64,000 nt of DNA, taken from the NCBI RefSeq assembly GCF_006345805.1, contig NC_042997.1:93930001-93994000 (forward strand). Direction: 5' to 3'. Positions 54,789 through 64,000 of this stretch are shown in pieces. Position numbers and translations under genes: made by a program. Each line of letters starts with the position of its first letter. Position 1 is the first letter of the stretch. The notes beneath the pieces were generated by a model that saw only the letters and a program-made list of their open reading frames with translations, was not told where the DNA came from and ran no database searches. The stretch comes from Octopus sinensis (lineage: Eukaryota).

Positions 54789-55481
54789 ACAGTTTGGCAC
54801 TATCTGTATTTTGTATCAGGAAAAGTGTAATGTTTAAAATGCTAAAAGAAAAAAAAAAAAATGAAAAAAAAAGAAAGCATACATAGTTAGAGTAACTTAT
54901 ATAAAGGAAGAACCAATCAGGAAGACAACTACCAAACGACTATGTTATTCATTTTTGTATTTCAGTTGCATCTATAATTATGATATGACTTCAACGGGGA
55001 AACGATACATGATTACACACAATCTTACTCTTTCTTACCGCCTGTCTACTTGTGTGTGTGCATATGTGTGTGTGTAGTGTTTGTATATATGTATGTATTA
55101 ATGTATTATATATATATATATGTATATATATAAGGAGAGACAAGAAATAGCTAGATAGATAAATAGATTGAGAGAAGAGAGAACGAGAGAGAGAGAGAGG
55201 GAAAGAGAGAAAATATGTTAGGAAAGCTAAGAGTGGAGTTTATTGTCAAATACAAATACACATAACAACAACAACAACGAAATGCATGTGCGTGTGTCTT
55301 AAGATTGTAGGAAGAATCGTTAATTGCTTAGATGAATGTTAGACACAGACACACGCACGTAGAGTTACACACACTGCCACACACCTATGCACAAATCCTT
55401 ATTCAACTTGAGATAAAAATCAAATGATTAATTTTTCTATCAGTTTTACATTCATAGAAGAAAGGTACATTACAACCATTG

Positions 55482-55534
<53 letters not shown>

Positions 55535-55859
55535 TGGGGGAGAGAGACAAAGCAAGAATATAAATATGCGACACGTCAATATTCTATAGCATTACGTCTA
55601 TCCTAAACAAAACACTATGAGGTTAATACCTGACGACAAAACTAAGCATTTCTTCTCATGAGGCAAAGCACACATTCAAGCACACTCGCAAGTAAGCAAA
55701 TGTATCATAACAGCATTCCTACAACCCACTTCACTAATATCAACTGAAGATTGTGGTTATCTACTGAAATACTGATGTAGTTTAGTTCTAGATCAACCCT
55801 GATTGAGTAGATCTTTTTAAACCACGTCTCTTCAGTCTTTATGTTTTGGATAACTAAAA

Positions 55860-55942
<83 letters not shown>

Positions 55943-55943
<1 letters not shown>

Positions 55944-56093
55944 AAACGACGGGCTTCTTTCAGTTTCCGCCTACCAAATCCACTAACAAGCATAAGACTT
56001 TGGTTGGCCCGACCTTATTGTAGACGACACTTGCCCAAAATGTCACTCAGTGGGACTGGTTGGGAAGTAAGCTTCTTACCAAACAATCATGCC
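55943..56093 (-). mobile_element. 5' fragment of the 38662 SINE family next to (ATCT)n
   Basis: acgacgggcttctttcagtttccgcctaccaaatccac...gcttcttacc. Confidence 0.8.
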
Positions 56094-56291
56094 TTATATT
56101 GGTCAATGTACACATTTAATTTTTAATAAGACTGCAGGACGCGATTTGAGGGAATTTGACTGGTAATATATGTACGTCGAACAGCTGTATAGAGGCTCGA
56201 TTACTGGCTCATCTTAGTTGCTTGAATGAGACTATGATAGTATTCGAATGTTCTAGACACATCTATGCATAGACAGATATACACGTAAGCC

Positions 56292-56331
<40 letters not shown>

Positions 56332-56396
56332 AAATAGATAAATATATGCTACACATATACACAGCTGTATGCATGTAAGCAAACCTTGAATATATA

Positions 56397-57288
56397 CAGG
56401 GTGGGTGGAAAGTAACTAGGCATTAAAAATTGCTTATAGAATTTTTAGTATCACTGAAGTCATGACGAAAACATTTTTTAAACAGATAGCACTAATGGAG
56501 ATTTCTTATATTTCTTTTTAATGTCCTATTTCTTATTTCTTATTTTCCAGATGGCCGCTCGCTTGGCTGTTCAGGAGCGAGCTAAGATAGCAGCACGCTA
56601 TGAAGTGTTGAATTCCCCATTGTTTTGGTTTAGAGATGGTGGCGTGCATGCAACACGACGTCCGGAGACAATAAAAAGTTGTCGTGCAAAGCTGATGACC
56701 ACGAGCTCTGTGAACGATGCAAGAACAGGTGGCTGTCCAACCGCATCCCGATTAGAGGAGACATGACAACGGGGCAGGAAATGTTTAATCAACACGTCAA
56801 ACAACTCGTGAAAGTGGACTAAAAAGACACACAATACGTACGGTGTTGCATAAAGAATTGAATTTTCGTCCGTGGAAACCTTCTTACGTGCAGGAGCTAA
56901 AACCTGAAGACTGTGACCGCAGGAGTCCAGAAGTTCAGAACTCCAAAAAGTCCAGATCTCTAGCCATATATTTACCTGTGTGGTTACACAAAAGAGGAGG
57001 TGTACAAGACTAAATCTCGTACGCACGCTGGAGGACTTGGAGACACGGATTCAGGAGGTTCTCAATGATATCCAAGACGACATCCTTCAGAAGGTTGGTC
57101 ATTCTATCACTGGCCGTTTGGAGAAACTGGTTGACGCCACTAGTGCTTACGTTGAAATATGAAGATTTACTTTCATTTCCTCATGTAATAAAGAACCTGT
57201 ATCACTTGTTTCAATAAATTTGTAAAAGAAATATGGATTTGTATTTTATTACCAATTTTTAATGCCTACTTACTTTTCATCCACCCTG
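56397..57288 (+). mobile_element. Internally deleted Tc1/mariner transposon (DUF4817-type HTH)
   Basis: TIRs cagggtgggtggaaagtaactaggcattaaaaat / atttttaatgcctacttacttttcatccaccctg, with TA on the left. N-terminus MAARLAVQERAKIAARYEV...ETIKSCRAKLMTTSSVND; VQELKPEDCDRR; C-terminus PDL..YL.GYTKEEVY..LEDLETRIQEVLNDI. The DDE core is deleted. Confidence 0.88.
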
Positions 57289-57374
57289 AATGCATGTATG
57301 CATGTGTATATCTATATCTATATCTATCTATCTACATACATACACACACGCACACACAAACACACATATATATG

Positions 57375-57447
<73 letters not shown>

Positions 57448-60400
57448 GCGTGCGTATGTGCGTATGCGTGTGTATATATGTATGTGTAAATATTTATACA
57501 TACGTTCGTATGTATGTATATATGTATAAGGGTGTATTTACATATTTCGCAATGTTAATAGGTGACAAAGCAGTATTTGAGAGAGGTTAATAATAACCTT
57601 ACTGTATGCTTTGAAGCTATTTGAAAATTAACTTATTTATTTTCGTTACAAAAATAATCACCATGCTTCACATTGAAATCCATTGAATACTCTCTTTGAA
57701 TCTATTTGGAGCATAACTGCTTTATTTATTCTTGCATTAGCGACTTAGAGAGTGCTCAGTCTAACAATTCTTGTTTACTGAATATAAACATCATATTTTT
57801 ACCCTTAAGGATCATCAAGAGGTGGAAAGTGATAAATGTAATTTGCGAAGATACATTTTGCCGCAGACCAAAAACGCAATTACTGTTTAGTAATGATAAA
57901 AGCCAATCTTTTATTTGTTGTTTGTGATGAGATTTTGCTTCGATAAGCGTCTTTGTGTCTCAGATTAGTTTGAAAACTAAGAATCGGTGATGCCTAACGC
58001 AGGAATAGAAATTATTATTAAATGAATTTGGTAACTCCCGAAATAGGCAGACTGTGATATATATTGAACCGTTCGCTTTATGTTTGGTAGGAACGCAATT
58101 ATGGTAGCGCATCTTGGTTTCTGTCTATAGTACAAAAAATATAGCGCACACAAAAAAGATAATGTATTGTCATTAACTGTTCTATGTTTATATGACTATA
58201 AATAAGAATGGTTTTCGGCTAGAATGGTATAGCTGTAGATAAAATAATCTATTTTTTGTTAATGCTATCGCAGTAACTTTATCATTGCATTACATTCATC
58301 GTTTATAAATCTGAAAAAAAAAAAAAAGAAAGATTCATATTCTTAACATTGTGATGAGAAATTACTGTTATTATTACCAACATCAGATCAGAATGATCGA
58401 ATAATGATACCTGCCTTGAAAGAATGCAAACTTTGTAAAAACATTGCAATTTTTAGCCGAATTATATATTTCTTATTTTCCTATGCACACAAACATATAT
58501 TAGAAGGTGCGCTCAGCCACTAAACTATATTAGTTTTTATAGTGTTATCTCTGTCGTTTTATGCAGCGCCAGTCTGCCTCATTGTTTATCCATAGCGGAA
58601 TTTGTCGATAGGAGCTCAGAATATACATATGTTGTACAGCAAACATGATGTTATCTATTATGCTGCCTGGATGAGATTGAAAGTTAGAGATATAGCTCTG
58701 AATAACACTGAACTGATGACGAATATGAAAGGATACGAATCAAAACCTCTTAAATTAATGACTGGAGTAATTACAACTGTTGTTGAGGTAATATACTTTA
58801 AATATTATTGTTCTGTTATTGTTCCAAATGCTGTTGATGTTGACTTTGTTGCATGAAGCCTATGTTGTCCCTTATCTTCTTTTAAGAGAAGGGATAATGA
58901 GGTATTATGATGTCCGTACTGTTATGCATGTTCTAAGATCATTATCGGTATGAATGAGATGTGCTTGAGCTAACCGGTCATTGAAAATTGATTCTCCACC
59001 ATATTTCGCCAGGGGATTATCGTTTGCCTTTCAACGCTCGCTAGAACTGTATGAAATATTGATTTCTTGTGATCACAGAGGACTAGTTTCACGGTAAATA
59101 ATGTAGTCTGCCACATGAATTGACTTTAACACATTACCGCTGGACTTATTTTATTTGCCACAGAAGAGTCTGTAATTAGAACTTGGAGAGAAACAGAACT
59201 TAACATTATAACGAATTTGGTCCGATATTGTAACAGTTCTGATTTCCTTCTACTTGAGACTTGAAGATCAGCTAAAAGTTACAACAGAGTTTTTCGAATG
59301 GTTCTGGCATTTTTATATCTATCCGCATCATATTGCTGAAATGCAATCGAATCACATTGCAGTACTTCAATATTTCTATTATTCATGTATTCATTGCTTG
59401 AATTATCTTCTATTGAAGAGGGTGAGTCATTTATGAATGTACTACCACTCAGGAGCATTGCCAGAGAGAGATAGCTGTTCATTGATAAATACCTTGTTGA
59501 AACAGAATAATTTCACCATATCTCTAGTGTTTATGTCTGATAATACTGATCAGTCTAAGCATACATATGGAAAATGTTACTTCACATCGTGATCAATTTT
59601 ATGTACTGAATTTTTCGTATTTTTACTAATGCTTTATAGAATCTAAGAATGATTCTTAAATAGCGTTGTTCAAACGAAATCCCTGGGGAAATGAATTTTC
59701 TTATCATTCTAAGAAGATCGTATATAAATGTTCTCTCATATTTTATTGCTAATCAATAAGTTAAGCTGACCTTTTCTCTAGAATATGAAATACGAATTCC
59801 ATCTGAAAGAAAAAAATACATATAATTCTACCAATTAAGAATAATGTTGTAGCTGCTAATATTTTCCTTCTTTTGTAATATGTATTTTCAGTACACACTT
59901 TGGTATTTAAAGTAAAAATCTATTTATATACTTTATCGTAATGGATTTTAAAAGCACAGTTGAAAACAAATATTTCAGAAAAACAAAATAATTGTGTATG
60001 CAACTATTAGGATTGCCAACACTAAAGTAAAGGGTGCGTGTGAAATTGGAGTAAAATTGAGTGTTTAATAGAAATATTCTTATCATAAAATAAACAGGTT
60101 GAAGACTATATAATTATTTTAGACAGAGTTTGAGGAATTTTGAGCAGCAGAAGAGGAGAAGTTGCAATGAATATTTTTCCCAGTGATGTTAATATTATTG
60201 GTTAAAAATAATCCAAACAACTTGGTTGTGGAACCGAAACTTCTATTAACTTTGCTTCCGACTATTTCTTTATCCCTTTGACAGTCCAAATCATTTTTAT
60301 AAGTTTGCCCTAAATGTCCATGCTTGTTTGGAGACTTTTAGTTAACTCTTGTTTAAACGATCTGACATAAAGTTTTCCATTCATAAGTTCCAAGTTACTC

Positions 60401-62463
60401 TAGTGGTTGAAAAAGTTGAGAATGTGAATCATATATGATGCATGGACGCTATGGAAATATGTCCTGTGTATTACATGTAAGGCATAGGACAGGGAAAGAG
60501 TCAATGATTTCAAAGTTGTGAATTCCTTATACCGATACAATCTCTTCGATTTTCCAAAACTAAAACTATGATTGTGTAATGTTCACATGCTTTTTATTGC
60601 AAGTATTAATTACAAGTGACGGTTGAACACAATTCAGTTGCTTATGTGAAAAGCACAGAAGTTGCAGCATCTCTATTCTATACACCTATATTATAAGTAC
60701 TCGTGTTTATAGAGGAAAACCGATTCAGGAAGAAGACTAGGCCGGGAAATTAATATGCATATAGTAGACAAGATGCTTTACAGAATGTAGTTTTGCGGCT
60801 TACTTTGTTTCAATATATGTTTTCGCTTCAGCATGAACTAGTAGTGTCAGATGTATTAATATTTCAATTACTTTTGGATTTGAACCGTGTACCTTCTTAA
60901 TGAAAATAATTACTTTCTGAGTAGTCACTGCTGCTACTGTTGTTGAAAACACAATTAAGAATGCGTGCAAACACAAGCACACCACATATACACAAATATT
61001 CTGATAGAAAAGCCTGAGAAAAATTGTTATCAGTTTAGAATAAAATTGTGTAGACCCAGGTGGTGTATGAGTTTAAAATATATGATTTGCATTGCTATCT
61101 AAGATGAATTTGGTTGATTATAACATTTATGTATTTTATTAAAGACAGGAAGTTGTCTTTTTTTTTACTAGTCCCTCCCAGACTAATGTAATAGATGTGG
61201 TTCATGTTTACGAGAGTCGAACTTTTAAATGAGAGGTATCGTGCACATGAATGAACTACAGTTCTTAAAATAGGTTAAAGTCTTTAGTACGATGCTTAGA
61301 GTGAGGTGTAAAGAGTGGCTAGAGAATCGGTGGATGCACTTATTTGCTCTCAAAGGCCAAGCCACTGATTAATGGCATTCCAGGTGGAGCCATCCATGTC
61401 TTGCGTATATTATATATTACACCGTCACATATATATCCTTATGTAAAGGAGTAGCGTGTTATTTGAGGGATATTTGTTTCCTATTTATAGCAAGTTCACT
61501 GATAAAATACAAACACTTTCGTTGAATTCGTCGCTGAGAACAGATTGTGAATCATATAAGATGAAAGTAAGAAGGAATACCGAAGACTAAGAGGGAAGTT
61601 GCTATTAAGCAGAGTCTGTAACGTGTATTTGATTTACAGTTAGAACCAACTTTTCGGCCTTTTATGTCTCTAATGCTCCTGTGGAGAGCACAAATGTCAC
61701 ATTTCTCATGTCACTCTTCCCAGTATTTGAGGAATATTATTTAGTCAGCTGTTACATTTCTAGAGATAACCTTATGTTTGTATGAAATTCATGCAGCAAT
61801 ATTATCGGAAAAAACAGTAATATATTTTAATATCCTTAATATATTCATACATCTATCACGTATGAGACAGAAAGATGATTGCATATATCTGTAGCTGAAT
61901 TCACATATTGAAATTCGAGCATATATTTTCAATGCTTTATCTCTCTAACATTAATAACTTCAAAGTATTTTTCTACTTTTGACTTGGTACATTTTATAAA
62001 AGTGGAATAAAGAAGTAAGATGTTTATGCAGAATATATTTTAAATGGTTGCGGGGTTGAAAAGTTAGCTTCGCAACCATAGGCTCGATCACACACTGCGC
62101 CGTACAGACGGGAAATATTTTTTTAACTTAACTTCCAGCTGATAAATATATTGTGTGGAATTTAACAAAGAGAAACTGTGTAAGAACTACACACTCACAC
62201 ACACGCGCGCGCGTACGCTCATACACACACGCATACACACACGCAGACACACAAGCATACACATACATTGTCGACGTTACAAGTAGTTTTATAAACTTCG
62301 CGGAATATGAAATAATTCTTATTTTTGGAATGATGGACAACCATCGATTTTCCTATCCGAAAGGCTTTTTTAAACCAATATCTGTCCTCTATTTTTTGCT
62401 TCAAGATCCACCCTTTCCCCAAAATACACACACACACACACACATTTATATACATACATGTAC

Positions 62464-62494
<31 letters not shown>

Positions 62495-62922
62495 TGTATG
62501 TATGTATGTATGCATGTATGTATGTTTGTGCGTGTGTGTGCGAGTGTGTGTGTACGCGTGCGTATGTATGTGTGTACTTGTGCGCGTGTACGTGTGTGTA
62601 TGTGTGGGTAGAAGTTGGGGGAAAAAGAAGGTATGAGGTGTATGGTGTGCGTAAATGCGCGGAGGAGGATTTTAAAGGAAGGAAGGTATAGATGCATATA
62701 TGCATAATGGAAAGAAAGAATGAGTAGGTAAAACATGTGATGTCACTTTACAGAAGAGCTGTTAGAGGAAATAAAGGATTAAGAAATCGTGCATTAAGTC
62801 CCTTACGGCTGTTTATAGAATAGCTAAGTAAATGATGCATATCTCATTGAGCAAAGATTTCCATATAAAAGCCAACTATACCGTCTTCAGTGAAGAAGAA
62901 TTAAAGCATATCCTTAATAAAG

Positions 62923-62988
62923 GATATTAGCAATTACCAGTTCCATCGTCGAAGTTCTTTGACGCTGGAACTGGTAACTACTAATATC
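62923..62988. other. Isolated 32-bp-stem hairpin
   Basis: gatattagcaattaccagttccatcgtcgaag-tt-ctttgacgctggaactggtaactactaatatc: 28 Watson-Crick pairs, 1 G-U pair, 3 mismatches. Confidence 0.85.
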
Positions 62989-63713
62989 ATCCATCAAAGG
63001 TGTAAAATGTGTTTCTTCTGGTGATTATTTTGAAAAATTCTTTTGTTAGATCATAATGTCATTTCGCTTTATACAAGAATGAACCCCCAAAGCAGTGTGG
63101 CATTTTCAGCAATTTCCTGAGAAATTCTGACAGACAAAACACAAGATTAATCAAAATACAAAGCTCAAGAACAAAGAAATAAACACTCTCAAAAATTCCC
63201 ATGTGAAGTTAACAATTCTATTTTCATGGTCAATTATTAAGAAGAAATAGAAAAACATGAAGAATGAAATTAAGCGTTTAGAGATGAGAATGTGATAAAG
63301 CGATAAAGAATGGCAATTTCTGCGCTTATCAGCAATCTATTTGGAAGGGATCTAAAATACACACGTATGGCTATTTATATATGCACGCATATATACATAT
63401 ATACTTTTGACTTACATTCTTACTATGGGTGTATCATGGGTGTAACAATGTGTGGAAACAATTGTAGTGGTAAGAATGTAGTTCAATCCATTCTCTCTTA
63501 TTCATCTCTCTTTATAAACTCTATGAATACTATGGAATATCCAGTAAAAGAAGCATTTCCACCGAAGTTAATAACATTAGGTAACCAATAACTGTGGACA
63601 AGCTTCGTTTAGCATACAAGTTTTTACCCAAATTATATTTAACCTCACACACGCACATGCACACACGCACATTATATATATGTGTGTGTATGCGTGTATG
63701 CATATATATATGT

Positions 63714-63754
<41 letters not shown>

Positions 63755-63820
63755 TATATATATATATATATACATACACACATGGACATAGACATATATA
63801 TAGATAGATATGTAGGTGTG

Positions 63821-63857
<37 letters not shown>

Positions 63858-63887
63858 TTACACACAGACACACACACATAGATATGT

Positions 63888-64000
63888 GAAGGATCATGAC
63901 TCAGTGGTTAGAGCGTCGGGCCGTTAATCATGAAGTAGTGAATTCGATTACTAGACCAGGCTTTATGTTGAATTCTTGAGCAAGACACTTTATTTCACGT
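63888..64000 (+). mobile_element. CORE-type SINE, cut by the window end
   Basis: tgactcagtggttagagcg...aattcgattac...cttgagcaagacactttatttcacgt. Confidence 0.8.

Overview
AT-rich, microsatellite-dense eukaryotic intronic or intergenic DNA. The SINE families and the density of (TA)n/(TATC)n/(CA)n suggest a coleoid cephalopod such as Octopus; this is an inference. I could not identify any intact host protein-coding gene. Nearly all long ORFs in the track are microsatellite artefacts. Real coding signal comes only from decayed mobile elements: an RTE-type LINE, a hAT transposase fragment, jockey/CR1-type RT relics, a young 5'-truncated Tx1-clade L1 element, two R4/Dong-type LINEs, a Penelope-like element and an internally deleted DUF4817-type Tc1/mariner. 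About 20 tRNA-derived SINE copies are built from interchangeable body and tail modules. The most notable observations are: (i) a 1.2-kb multi-junction inverted/direct-repeat rearrangement packed with hairpins (6701-7926); (ii) a ~50-nt 3' end shared between the Tx1 LINE and the youngest Meta-type SINEs, suggesting a stringent Tx1-SINE partnership, with a possible insertion-site bias; (iii) a tRNA-SINE whose tail carries a Penelope-style minimal hammerhead motif; (iv) several fold-back palindromes, including a pre-miRNA-sized hairpin. Boundaries of old elements are approximate. Family names come from recalled motifs, not database searches.
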